A stretch of DNA of 64,000 bases from Octopus vulgaris (taxonomy: Eukaryota): assembly GCA_951406725.2 (NCBI GenBank), contig OX597831.1, forward strand, positions 27,094,001 through 27,158,000, read 5' to 3'. Of this stretch, positions 37,841 to 50,325 are shown one piece after another. Both the position numbers and the translations under genes were made by a program. The notes beneath the pieces were generated by a model. That model was given only the letters and a program-made list of their open reading frames with translations, was not told the DNA's origin and searched no databases. Positions within the stretch are counted from its first letter, which is position 1, and every line of letters begins with the position of its first letter.

Positions 37841-38544
37841 TATTATAAATATTGATGTTAGTGTGACGTGACGGCTGTTATTAAGACTGATGTTGTTCGT
37901 ATAGTGTGACGCTGTTAGTGTTGTGTATGTTGTTAGTATGGTATGGCCGTTGTTAGTGCCGTAGTGGTTAATTACTTTAGAATGTTTTACTGGCTGTTTT
38001 GACAATTTTCTACTTTTAATTGGAATATATACTTTGCTAATTCCCACGTAGCGTAATGGTTAGGGTGTTATGCTCATGATAATCAGGTCGTAGGTTCGAT
38101 TCTTGAATTAGTCGGAGCGTTTTGCCTTTCAGCAGGGTTCTTCATTTCATTTCGCTACAGTCTGCTTGACTGAAAATCAGCCGTCTGTCCCTCCATTTGC
38201 CAACTTTTTGTTGTTCCGAGGTGAAAAAATGTACCTATACGTTTATATGTATATCTATAAAATGTAGAAAATGGAAACCCTCCCCCCCAAAAAAACAACA
38301 ACAAAAAAACAACAACATAGATCAGGAAAAAGGGGACGGCAAAGAAACATGCGGAAAAATAGGAAAACATTTATACACAATGGACGTGAACATGATCGAC
38401 CCTTCATCAGTTGTCGAACAAATACTATCACAATTTCGACACCTTCCGATAATATTATTCGGTTTGGTGATATCAGTCACACGAGCTTCTGAGCAGACGT
38501 GATAGGGTGAACAAGAACAGAACAACTGAGACTGGTAAACTGGT

Positions 38545-38745
38545 ACGCTGTCGGTTACGGCGACGAGGGTTCCAGTTGATCCGATCAACGGAATAGCCTG
38601 CTCGTGAAATTAACGTGTAAGAGGCAGAGCACTCCACCGACACGCGTATCCTTAACGTAGTTCTCAGGGAGATTCAGCGTCACTCATACTGTGACAAGGC
38701 TGGCCTTTTGAAATACAGACACTATCTAACCACTAAGCCACGGGC
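38545..38745 (-). mobile_element. Family C SINE tail fragment
   Basis: GACGAGGGTTCCAGTTGATCCGATCAACGGAA...CGTGAAATTAACGTG. Confidence 0.75.
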
Positions 38746-38918
38746 TTTCACGTTAAATCGAGTACAATAACAACAAAAGACGAAGTACGTACATATATGT
38801 GTGTATGTTTATAAGTTTACGCTCGTAAACATTGAAGTGCTAAATACATGCTAACAGGGAAAGACTGGGGTGAGAGACTCGGCGAAAGTGTGTATGTATG
38901 TGTAAGGGGTACGTATAT

Positions 38919-39140
38919 TACTCTTTACTCTTTTACTTGTTTCAGTCATTTGACTGCGGCCATGCTGGAGCACCGCCTTCAATCGAGCAACTCGACCCCG
39001 GGACTTATTCTTTTGTAAGCCCAGTACTTATTCTATCGGTCTCTTTTGCCGAACCGCTAAGTAACGGGGACGTAAACACACCAGCATCGGTTGTCAAGCA
39101 ATGCTAGGGGGACAAACACAGACACACAAACACACACACA

Positions 39141-39201
<61 letters not shown>

Positions 39202-39353
39202 TTATATACGACGGGCTTCTTTCAGTTTTCGTCTACCAAATCCACTCACAAGGCTTTGGTCGGCCCGACGCTATAGTAGAAGACACTTGCCCAAGGAGCC
39301 ACGCAGTGGGACTGAACCCGGAACCATGTGGTTGGTAAACAAGCTACTTACCA
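38919..39353 (-). mobile_element. Family B SINE
   Basis: Match to family B. Confidence 0.9.
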
Positions 39354-39525
39354 CTGCATATGTATACATTTATTGCTTTGTTTTTTGTTCTTTTATTTGT
39401 TTCAGTCAATATTTCGCGGCCATACGGCCATGCTGGAGTATCGCCCAGAAAAGATAATTTGAACCAGCTTTTTCGGATTCGTACTTATTCTATCGGTCTG
39501 TTTTTGCCAAACCGGCAACGTTAAC

Positions 39526-39764
39526 AGGACATTAACAACAGGTATATGTATATGCTTGTGTGTCTGTTTGTCCCCTCACCATCGCTTGACAACCGATGTT
39601 GGTGTGTGTACGTCTCCGTAACTTAGCGGTTCGGCAAAAGTCACCGATACAGTAAGTACTAGGCTTACAAAAAATAAGTCCTGAGGGTCGATTTGCTCGA
39701 CTAAAAGGTGGTGTTCCAGCATCGCCACAGTCAAATGACTGAAACAAATAAAACAATAAAAGAA

Positions 39765-39849
<85 letters not shown>

Positions 39850-40090
39850 AAAGTTTATCAAAGCAAACACACACACACAAAAAAAAAGAAACAAATTTTC
39901 GAACCAGCTGGCATAGAGTATTCGCGACTTCAGAACTGTGTATTGTCGATTTCCAGTCCTATAATAGTCACATCAGTCATTCACCAGTTTTACATAAGCG
40001 GCGATGAACTTCCGTTCAGTGCTCTTGACGATTCGTCTCTCGTTGAACAATGAAAAGTTTACAAGAGGAATGTTGCTATTATGTTAAACT
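39526..40090 (+). mobile_element. Composite: family B SINE 3' half, microsatellite and mariner 5' region
   Basis: Inverted homologue of ~48075-48594; contains the ATG of MKSLQEEC... Confidence 0.75.
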
Positions 40091-40233
40091 GTTGTATGTC
40101 CTAATTTGGACAAATGCGTGTTTGTCAATATTTAATTTTGTTTGCAATTGCTGCTTCAGAAGGAAATTGTCAAAGTGTAGTACAACGTTTAGCATTTTTC
40201 AAAAGTGTAGTAAGTGTAGAAGGCACAATGTAA

Positions 40234-40620
40234 GTGGAGGCGCAATGGCCCAGTGGTTAGGGCAGCGGACTCGCGGTCATAGGATCGTGGTTTCGATTCC
40301 CAGACCGGGCGTTGTGAGTGTTTATTGAGCGAAAACACCTAAAAAGCTCCACGAAGCTCCGGCAGGGGATGGTGGTGATCCCTACTGTACTCTTTCACCA
40401 CAACTTTCTATCACTCTTACTTCCTGTTTCTGTTGTACCTGTATTTCAAGGGGCCGGCCTTGTCACTCTCTGGGTCACGCTGAATATCCCCGAGAACTAC
40501 GTTAAGGGTGCACGTGTCTGTGGAGTGCTCAGCCACTTACACGTTAATTTCACGAGCAGGCTGTTCCGTTGATTCGGATCAACCGGAACCCTCATCGTCG
40601 TAACCGACGGAGTGCTTCCA
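40234..40620 (+). mobile_element. Full-length family C SINE
   Basis: tRNA-like head with A box TGGCCCAGTGG and B box GGTTTCGATTCC; tail ...GACGGAGTGCTTCC. Confidence 0.92.
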
Positions 40621-40841
40621 TCCAGTAAGTCCCACATACGACAGTTTTGCAAAAATGTTTCTGACTGAAAATATCATATATACATAGTTACCATTTTATG
40701 CACCCAACAAAATATTATTGTTAAACCGAAAATGTTGCTAATGTAAAAGGAAATGGTATGGTGAAACTATTTTTCCGTATTCTCAAAATGCAATGTTTTG
40801 GACTTACGATACTTTTGCATAATTGCAACGATATCTATTCT

Positions 40842-41274
40842 CAGAAACGTTAGCACGCCGGGCGAAATGCGTAGCCGTATTTCGTCCGCCGTTACGTTCT
40901 GAGTTCAAATTCCGCCGAGGTCGACTTTGCCTTTCATCCTTTCGGGGTCGATAAATAAAGTACCAGTTACGCACTGGGGTCGATGTAATCGACTTAATCC
41001 GTTTGTCTGTCCTTGTTTGTCCCCTCTATGTTTAGCCCTTTATGGGCAGTAAAGAAATATATATTCTATTTTACTCTTTTATAGTTTCAGTCATTTGACT
41101 GTGGCCATGTAGGAGCACCGCCTTCAGTTGAGCAAATTGACCCCAGGACTTATTCTTTGTCAGTCTAGTACTTATTCTATCGGTCAATTTTGCCGAACCG
41201 CTAAGTTACGGGGACATAAACACACCACCATTGGTTGTCAAGCGATGTTGGGGGGACAAACACAGACACACAAT

Positions 41275-41342
<68 letters not shown>

Positions 41343-41736
41343 CACATATATACGACGGGCTTTTTTAAGTTTCCGTCTACCAAATCCACTCACAAGACTT
41401 TGGTCCGCCCGAGGCTATAGCAGAAGACACTTGACCAAGGTGCCACGCAGTGGGACTGAAACCGGAACTATGTTGTTCGTAAGCAAGCTACTTACCACAC
41501 ATCCACTCCTATAATATATATATTCTCTTTTACTGTCTTTTACTTGTTTCAGTCATTTGACTGCGGCCATGTTGGAGCACCGCCTTTTGTCGAGCAAATC
41601 GACCCCAGGACTTATTTTTTATAAGCCTAGTACTTATTCTAGCAGTCTCTTTTGCCGAACCGGTAAGTTACAGGGTCGTAGACATACCGCCATCGGTTGT
41701 CAAGCGAAGTTGGGAGAACAAACACAGACACACAAT

Positions 41737-41740
<4 letters not shown>
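40842..41740. mobile_element. SINE cluster: family A (+, 40842-41060), family B (-, 41063-41510) and partial family B (-, 41523-41740)
   Basis: Matches to the family consensus sequences. Confidence 0.88.
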
Positions 41741-41793
<53 letters not shown>

Positions 41794-41886
41794 TTAAAAA
41801 TTTAGGCTAAAAATTGATATTAGTCAATTAAAACCAGTGGTCTAGCATATTAAAAAGAATCCGAAGATTAAAATATTTATATATAC

Positions 41887-42085
41887 CAATTAAGGACTGA
41901 ACACGAAAAAGTGGACAGTCAACATGCTAGATATAGACGTCAAATCGCCATTTTCCACAAAGATTGTGTTCTCAAATAAAATAAAATTCAGTTATTTTAT
42001 TTGAGAACATAATCTTTGTGAAAAATGGCGATTTGACGTCTATATCTAGCATGTTGACTGTCCACTTTTTCGTGTTCAGTCCATA

Positions 42086-42089
<4 letters not shown>
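41887..42089. repeat. Near-perfect palindrome, ~98-bp arms with a ~7-nt loop
   Basis: GGACTGAACACGAAAAAGTGGACAGTCAACATGCTAG... versus ...CTAGCATGTTGACTGTCCACTTTTTCGTGTTCAGTCC. Confidence 0.95.
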
Positions 42090-42151
<62 letters not shown>

Positions 42152-42164
42152 GTATGTATGTATA

Positions 42165-42666
42165 TACAGCGTGTCCCAAAAATCACTGATAGGTTTCAAT
42201 TTTTAATAGCTTTCTAAACATTACAAAATAAATGCATGAAATTTTGATACAATATAAAGGACATAATGGAAATGAATATGCACAAGTCAAATTGTGCAAC
42301 ACAGTTACATCCCATATGGAAAAGCACATCGCTTAAATGGCAGCCAATTACATCAACAAACCGGAGGCCCTGGTGCAACTGAAGGAGAAAACATCAACAG
42401 AGAAATCAAAGAAGTGGAGTCTGAAACTCTTGAGGATGTTATGGTGCAAGTTTTGGAAAGAGCAGAGGCGTGCGAAGCCGAAAATGGCTGCCATTTAAAC
42501 GATGTTATTTTTCATATGTGATGTAGTGTTGTTGCAAAATTTGACTTGTTCATATCAATTTCCATTATATCCTTTACATTGGTATCAAAATTTCATGCCT
42601 TCATTTGAAAAGTAAAGGAAGTTATTATAAACTGAAACCCATCAGTGACTTTTGGCACACCCTGTG
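42165..42666 (+). mobile_element. Internally deleted Tc1/mariner element with ~140-bp TIRs
   Basis: TA|CAGCGTGTCCCAAAAATCACTGATAGGTTTCA ... TGAAACCCATCAGTGACTTTTGGCACACCCTG. The internal ORF retains a transposase C-terminus (EI..V..ETL..VM...LERA..C...NG.HL..VIF). Confidence 0.85.
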
Positions 42667-42677
42667 TATACATACAT

Positions 42678-42731
<54 letters not shown>

Positions 42732-42744
42732 ATACATACATACA

Positions 42745-42778
<34 letters not shown>

Positions 42779-42825
42779 CATACATACATACATATGTATG
42801 TATGTTTATATAAGAATGTGAGATT

Positions 42826-42858
<33 letters not shown>

Positions 42859-42984
42859 TGTGTGTGTGCGTTTGTGTGTAACGTACACGTATGTTTTTTG
42901 TTTCTGAAACAATTACCACACCTGTGTGGAATAACTGACATATTTACACCTGATTAATTAGGACAATGACTGGCAGGACACTAG

Positions 42985-43018
42985 TACCATCATCACCACC
43001 ACCACCACCACCACCACC

Positions 43019-43068
<50 letters not shown>

Positions 43069-43625
43069 AACCACCACCACCACCACCACTGCTGCTGCTA
43101 CTACTACTACTACTACAACCACTACCAACTCCACTATTACTATCACCTTCACCACGACGACCACCACAATCTCTACTGCCACCACCAAAACCACCACCAT
43201 CACCACTTGTACTTCTACAAAGACCGCTACCACCAACTTCACCATTACTATCACCACTACAACGACGACCACCTCTGCCGTCACCACTAGCACTACCACC
43301 ACTAACACCATTATCACCTCCACCACCACCATATTCATCACCAGCACTACTACTACTACTACTATAAACACCACCAAGAACAACACTACCACCACCACTA
43401 TTACTACTACTACTACAAACGCCAACTACAAAATTACTACACCCACAAACATCAACAAAAATACAACCTCCATTAATCAGTACCAACACACACCACCTAC
43501 AACAACAAAATGACTATCAACCACAACACCCACCATCACTACCACCACACATTACTACCACCACTACATCTACAGTCATCAACAGTACCACGTCCAAACT
43601 CACTACCACTATCGCTACAACCACC
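42985..43625. repeat. (CAC/TAC)n trinucleotide low-complexity tract
   Basis: Seen directly. Confidence 0.9.
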
Positions 43626-44005
43626 TAAAATGCATTTGATCGTAGACCTATTCAACCAGGGCTGACCTAGGGTTAAAGAAGAACAGCAATAAAATCATAG
43701 CCACGCCACACACACACACACGCACACACACAGGCACACACATACACACACACACACAAAGATCGCCCGCATCACTAAAACCATTTCTATAACCGTCAAC
43801 ACTTCCATACCTACCAACATTACCATTTCTGTATCAAGTTGTTGTTGTTGTTGATAATGATGATGATAGTGATGATGAAGACGATGAAATAATCTGATTT
43901 ATTCAGGAGCGCATTATAGCATCAAAACAAAATACCAGTACGTATAAATCGAAGTAGTTGCCAAAGAGTGCGTTATTTATGCAAATCGGTTTATCCTTTC
44001 TTTAA

Positions 44006-44440
44006 TAATCCTTTCTACTATAGGCACAAGGCTAGCAATTTCTGGAGAATGGGTAAGCTGATTACATTGACCCAAGTTCTCAGCTGGTACTTACTTTATT
44101 GACCCCAAAAGAATGAAAAGCGAAGTCAACCTCGGTAGAATGTATCATGGCTCAGTGGTTAGAGCACCGAACTCATAATCATGAGGTAGTAAGTTCGATT
44201 CCCGGGCCGAGCTGTGTGTTGTGTTCCTGGGCAAGACACTATATTTCACGTTGCTCCAGTTTGCTCAGCAGTAGAAATGAGTTGCGATATGACTGTACCA
44301 AGCTCTATCGGTTTTTGTCTTTCTCATGGATAACACCAGTGGCGTGGAGAGGAGTGATTAATGGTCTTCCATAAACACCCTGCCTGGACTTGTGCCTCGG
44401 AGGGTAACTTTCTAGGTACAATCATGACCGAAGGGGGAGC
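44006..44440. mobile_element. Family A SINE fragment (-) followed by a family D SINE (+, 44145-44440)
   Basis: ATGGCTCAGTGGTTAGAGC...AAGTTCGATTCCC...CCTGGGCAAGACAC. Confidence 0.7.
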
Positions 44441-44639
44441 TTTGCTTTTATATAGAAAGAGAGAGGAGGGCATGAGAGAGCGAGAGAAGAGTGTGTGTGA
44501 GAAAGAGAGAAGAGAGAAGCTGAAATTATTTCAAAAGTTAAACTCCAATTCGCTGAAGTTACCGCAAAAATGAAAAGAAAATCTGAAATACTTGCAAAAA
44601 CGTACAAAAAAAGAATGGAAAATATTCAAAAAATGAAAA

Positions 44640-45075
44640 TTATGTCTAAATTCATGCAAAATTATATTAAAATGCATAGAAAAGCACGTCTAGATGTGTG
44701 GGAGAAAAAAACAAGTCTAAAAGCATGCAAGAATTAAGTTTAAAAGCATGTAAAAGAAAGAAGTTTAAATACATCCAAAAACGAATTCTAAATGCATGCA
44801 AAATTAGTCAAAATTATGTAAAGCTGAGGTTAAATGCACCAAAGAACAAGCTAAATGCATAAAAACACAAATTAAATGCATCGGAAACAGTCTAAATGCA
44901 GATAAAATTAGTCAAAATTATGCAAAACGGAAGGTAAGTGCACCAAACAAGTTAAATGCATCCAAAACAAAATCTAAATGCATGCAAAATGCAGCTGTAA
45001 AAATGCAGTCTGTATGCATGTAAAAACGCAGTCTAAATGCAGGCAGAACGCAGTCAGATACATGCAAAACAATCT
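44640..45075. repeat. Degenerate ~21-22 bp tandem repeat (CTAAATGCATGCAAAA...)
   Basis: About 20 diverged copies. Confidence 0.75.
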
Positions 45076-45108
45076 AAACTGAAGGAGCAAAACAGAATTT
45101 ATTTAAAA

Positions 45109-45500
45109 CTAGCAGTATCGCCCGGCATTGCTCGGGTTTGTAAGGGAAATAACTATATAAGCATTTTTAGAGAGTTATAGCCAAAAAATAGCAAAAAAAT
45201 GCATTAAAAATGGGAAAAAAATGATGGTAAAAAATCGTTGACTCATCGTAGACATTTTTAGAGAGTTACTTCCCTTATATAATAGCGAAAAAATGCATTA
45301 AAATGGAAAAAAATGATGGTAATTTTTTTTTTAAATCGTAGACTCATCGTAGACGCGCGCTAATACCCAGAAGGGCTCGATATGAATCACGACTATAAGA
45401 TTCCCGGTTTTGGTTAAACTGCACCGCAAAATGTGGGAGTAGTTAGGAATCTAAATCGTAGGAGACAGACAGCACACAACCTTACTTTTATATATAAAGA
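45109..45500 (-). mobile_element. Non-autonomous Helitron (intact termini)
   Basis: Minus strand: A|TC...hairpin CCCGAGCAATGCCGGG...CTAG|T. Confidence 0.9.
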
Positions 45501-46060
45501 TATCGAATAATTCAAAATGTATAAAAATAATGATCCGGTCGTTGCTTAGCCCCAAGTCAACTCTGATGCAGTGCATTTATAATTAGACATTCCAGCCATG
45601 GCCATACAATTTGCACACGTAATTTAGCTCAGACTACATTACTCAGTAAGTACTGCTTATTTTTTTTTTCAAATTGGTACGATGTGATTTGAGCGAGATT
45701 TCGTTGTTTATCTCTAGCAGGTTGAACGGCCCCGTAGAGGGGGCCCCTCAAGCGAACAACAACCTTCGTCACCTTAACGCACCCATCGTACCCATCCACC
45801 CGCCTATCCACCCCATCCATACATCCATCCACCTATCCATCACACACCCCTTAACATCTACCAAACTTGAAACGTCACAACATTGACACTTACCCTTCAC
45901 ACCTACCCACCCACTGGAATTGGACTATTTTGAAGAAAACTCGGGTCACTCAGTACATATGTAGTTTGTGTAGTTTGGTAGTCTGACAACTAGGGTGGTG
46001 GGAGTGAAGGTGTGCGTATATTTTATTCATATATATACATATTCATATATATATATATAT

Positions 46061-46107
<47 letters not shown>

Positions 46108-46304
46108 CATACATATATACATATATGTATGCATATGTATATACATACATATATAAACATATACATATATATAAATATATATACACATGTATGTGTGTGT
46201 ATGCATGTAGGTATGTATGCATATATGTATGTGTGTATGTATATATGTGTATGTCTGTGCATGTGTATTATATACATACACACATATATATATTTACGTG
46301 TGTG

Positions 46305-46335
<31 letters not shown>

Positions 46336-46336
46336 C

Positions 46337-46605
46337 GTAGGATCGCGGTTTCGATTCCCAGACCGGGCGTTGTGAGTGTTTATTGAGCAAAAAGCACCTA
46401 AAGCTTCACGAACTCTCCGGTAGGGGGTGGTGGCGATCCCTGCTGTACTATTTTGCCACAACTTTCTTATTTTTTCTTCTGTTGGCCTGCTCGCTTAGCC
46501 AGCGGGGTGGCGTCATTTGAAGGATAAAACAATGCAAAGAGCATTGTGACCAGCGATGTGTAGCAACATCAGATAGCCTGGTCGGTCACGGTGATCACGG
46601 TGATA
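46337..46605 (+). mobile_element. Family C SINE (5'-truncated) with an alternative tail ending (CACGGTGAT)2
   Basis: GGATCGCGGTTTCGATTCCCAGACCGGGCG core; 3' part differs from other copies. Confidence 0.8.
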
Positions 46606-46607
46606 TA

Positions 46608-47038
46608 TCTCTCTATATATAAACGGCAATTTGTCTGTCTGTGTGTCTATCAGGTTGTACCCTCACCCTGACCACGGCTTTCAACCGATTCTGATGAAAC
46701 TTGACACACACATAGCCCAATGTCATAATTCAAAACTAACGCAGTGAAAATTTTGAAAAGTTCCCCCAGTTCTGAAAAAAATCGATAAATTCGACATGGG
46801 GTCGAGAATCTAAGGGTTTTATATGCAACACATTTTCTGTCTAGGGGACACAACTCGACCTTTTTATCGCCCAAAGGGACAGCTAGCAACATCGTATACA
46901 CAGAAGTATTCGAGTGAAGAGATGACATTGCAACCTACACATGCGCCTTCGTTCCCTAGAGGGAAAGGACTAGATTGGGGTTAGTCGTTGCCTACTAGGG
47001 ACTCTTATATACCCGGGCAACGCCGGGCTATGCTGCTA

Positions 47039-47039
<1 letters not shown>
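46608..47039 (+). mobile_element. Non-autonomous Helitron (second subfamily)
   Basis: A|TC TCTCTATATATAAACGGC...CCCGGGCAACGCCGGG...CTAG|T. Confidence 0.88.
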
Positions 47040-47087
<48 letters not shown>

Positions 47088-47359
47088 TATATATAAAGAG
47101 AAAGAGAGAGAGAGAGTGAGAGGGAGCGAGAGAAAGAGATCCGTGCTTGGTCACTAAGTCGAGGATAATATTCGGCGCATGAGAAAGTATGTCGTCCTGG
47201 TGCAGCATCATAGTCTTTCATAAATTAATTAGTTAATTTATTCTTTGTTGTTGTTTTAGTTGTTCCCCATCCCGCAAAATTTAAGGCCTTGTGCCTATAG
47301 TAGACAGGATTATCATATTCGTTATTGTTGTTGTTGTTTTATTGTTGCTGTTGGTATTA

Positions 47360-47570
47360 TGGTGGCGAGCTGGCAGAATTGTTAGCACCCCGGGCAAAAT
47401 GCTTAGCAGCATTTCGTCCGTCTTTACATCTGAGTTCAAATTCCGCCGAGGGTGACTTTGCCTTTCATCCTTTCGGAGCCGATAAATGAAGTACCAGTGA
47501 AACATTGGTGTCAATATAATCGACTAGTCCCCTCCCACCCAAATGTCAAGCCTTGTGTCTTTAGTGAAAG
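47360..47570 (+). mobile_element. Family A SINE
   Basis: Match to family A. Confidence 0.85.
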
Positions 47571-47699
47571 GGATTATTATCATTATTATTTACGATGATC
47601 CAGACCCCTGCGACGACTGCCATCTAAATCCGACCTCGAGGCTATATCTGCAAGTTTCCTCGCCCGTTATAATAGTTTTCAGAAAGTTTTTGTCAACAT

Positions 47700-48330
47700 T
47701 CCAACTATCAAACAGCTTCCCCTCGGACCCTTTCTTTCATCTATCAACACACGCGACACAGATTTTGACACATCTCGATGCTACTTCAATTTCATCTGTT
47801 AAAAACCACGTTCCACCAACTTTTAAAGAATCCTACTCTTTTAGAGACTTCTTGACGTTTGTCCCACATAGCAGAACATACAACAACGATGTAATTGTTG
47901 TATTCTGACGAGAAATGACGCCAAGATTTAAAACTGTCTTCGATGGACGTTTTTCCTAATTTGAAACATTGCCTCATCACTGACGAATTTGAGTCCACCG
48001 CAGTCCCTCACCAACCTATAGGCATGTTGCAACATTAAAAAGATCTCAACTAATGTTCTACCCAAACTGAAACAGAATTTCACATAAATGCATTCCTCTT
48101 GTAAACTTTTCATTGTTCCACAAGAGACGAATCTTCAAGTGCACTGAACGGAAGTTCATCGCCGCATATGTAAAACTGGTGACTGACTGATGTGGCGTGA
48201 TGCGGCTATTATAGGACTGAAAATCGACAATACACAGTTCTGAAGTCGCGAATACTCTGTGCCAGCTGGTTCGAAAATTTGTTTGTTTTTTTCTTCTTTT
48301 TTTTTGTGTTTGCTTTGATAAACCTCTCAC
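47700..48330 (-). pseudogene. Mariner transposase 5' remnant
   Basis: Minus strand: ..IYVKFCFSLGRTLVEIFLMLQHAY.. and FKLGKTSIEDSFKSWR, matching the mariner HTH motifs 'IKFCF.LGK...E...ML..AYG' and 'FK.GR.S.ED..RSGRP'; frameshifted. Confidence 0.75.
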
Positions 48331-48357
48331 ACACACACACACACACACTCACACACA

Positions 48358-48594
48358 TATTCTTTTATTTGTTTCAATCATTTGACTGCGGCCATGCTGG
48401 AGCACCACCTTTAGTCGAACAAATCGACCCTCAGGGCTTATTCTTTGTAAACCTAGTACTTATTCAATCGGTGACTTTTGCCGAACCGCTAAGTTACGGG
48501 GATGTACACACACCAACATCGCTTGTCAAGCGATGTTGGGGGTGGGTCAAACCTAGACACACAAACATATACATATACCTGTTGTTAATGTCCT
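48358..48594 (-). mobile_element. Family B SINE 3' half (part of the duplicated composite)
   Basis: Shares diagnostic variants with 39540-39765. Confidence 0.85.
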
Positions 48595-48746
48595 TTTATT
48601 TGCATTGTATTTGTGTACCATTTCTCCGTTTTTTTTCCGTCCTTATCGTATATATTCGCTGCCTTCTCTCAAGGAATCTAGTGGTCTTAGCTTAGTTTTT
48701 TCCTTGGGGCTAGCTAGATTGGAGCAATCTCGAGTATACTCAGTCG

Positions 48747-48816
<70 letters not shown>

Positions 48817-48989
48817 AATATTAGGGAATAAATCCAAATTTACAGGGAAAAAATCAGATTTAGGATTAAATCCAATTTTATAGTAAAATATTATATAATA
48901 TTAATTCGAGACAAAACCACTATTTTGCAAAACAAACAAGGAAAGACTTAATCAATACATAAAAAATTTTAATATAAAGAAATAAACCG

Positions 48990-49032
48990 CCACTACAATC
49001 GTTTCATGTCTTCAATGACATTCGTCAGGTGG
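48990..49032 (-). ncRNA. Canonical minimal type I hammerhead ribozyme
   Basis: Minus strand: CCAC-CUGACGA-AUGUC(AUUGAA)GACAU-GAAAC-GAUU-GUA-GUGG. Core intact, 4-bp stem I, perfect 5-bp stem II, GUA cleavage triplet. Confidence 0.8.
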
Positions 49033-49133
49033 ATTTTCGATCTCCTAATCTTCGAAGGTGGTTCGTCTGGGATTACTCAAATCAGACGGGTATGTTCGAT
49101 TCCTAGTGCTCTCAAATTTAAACTTAACGAAAT

Positions 49134-49217
49134 CTTGGGCTGATGACAGGAATGTTGATATAGGTATGTATTTCTAGCATCTCTATATCTAACTAACCCA
49201 GAAACGGCGTTCTCAAG
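49134..49217 (+). ncRNA. Type I hammerhead-like motif with an extended stem II
   Basis: CUUGGG-CUGAUGA-(GUUGAUAUAG/CUAUAUCUAAC hairpin)-GAAAC-GGC-GUU-CUCAAG; 6-bp stem I. Confidence 0.55.
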
Positions 49218-49411
49218 TAATCGATGTACGAGTGATCCTTCGGTATTTTCCCCTCTATGCCTACATGAATTGTTTTTGAGTATACATTGTCTGGGAGACT
49301 CTTCTTATAGTAGAGGAAATAGCTAAATTCTTTGACTGCTATTTCTAAAAGTTCAGTGTGTGGTAAAGTAAATTTTTTTGATGAACCCTAATTATATAGA
49401 GTAATGTTTTA

Positions 49412-49447
<36 letters not shown>

Positions 49448-49649
49448 TGTATGTATGTATGTATGTATGTATGTATGTATGTATGTATGTATCCATCCAT
49501 CCTTTAAGTTCGTTTACGGAAACGTTCTTAAATATGCATATAAAAGAACCTATTCCATTATGCCAGCTACAGCCTAATGATGCCAGCTGGCAATACCAGT
49601 TTCTGGGGTTTGAATTGAGCTGTGTCGATATAATGCAGGATAAATATGA

Positions 49650-49692
49650 TATGTGAGTGGATTTGGTAGACGGAAACTGAAAGAATCCCGTC

Positions 49693-49739
<47 letters not shown>

Positions 49740-49880
49740 TGTCTTTGTGTCTGTGTTTGTCTCCCAGCCAGCCACCCATCATCGCTTGACAACCGTTGTT
49801 GGAGACCGATAGAATAAGTCCTACGCCCTCAACGATGCTCTAGTATGGCCTCAGTCAAATATCTCAAATTAGTAAAATAA
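49650..49880 (+). mobile_element. Family B SINE fragment
   Basis: GGTAGACGGAAACTGAAAGAA core. Confidence 0.8.
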
Positions 49881-49921
49881 TACATACATATATATATCTG
49901 TGTATGTGCGCGTGTATGCGC

Positions 49922-49957
<36 letters not shown>

Positions 49958-50264
49958 TCTTAAGGATAATTTACTTTCACTTCTCTACGACTGTAAACTG
50001 CATATTAACCAGCCTTTCACCTAAATGCACGAGAGCCACACGAAATTAAGAGCCTTGTTCAAGAACACAACGTACTACCTATCGACCTCATAATCGCGAG
50101 AGCAAGACCCCTAACCACTTGGCCACGCAACTTCCCATTCGTTCGTGTAAGTTAAGACATTGTTTAATTACGTTAATTAATACACCTGTTAATGAAGTTT
50201 TTGTTTGTACCACATGTTACTCAGCTACTGAAGTGTCACTAAACTGTACCGCTTCACCTTTCGT

Positions 50265-50289
50265 CATCTCCTTTCTTTACTTCTTCATT

Positions 50290-50325
<36 letters not shown>

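Noticed and set aside
38385-38480. CTGATGAAGG and an adjacent hairpin followed by GAAA on the minus strand
   Set aside because: Core incomplete (CUGAUAU) and no valid cleavage site or stem I; at most a decayed repeat fragment.
40234-40310. tRNA-like sequences at SINE 5' ends (also 12478, 15898, 44145)
   Set aside because: They have A/B boxes but no complete cloverleaf or acceptor stem and continue into SINE bodies, so they are not tRNA genes.
41800-41855. GCTA...ATTGA/TCAAT...AAAAC..GTC-TAGC pseudo-hammerhead layout
   Set aside because: Both the CUGANGA and GAAA core elements are missing.
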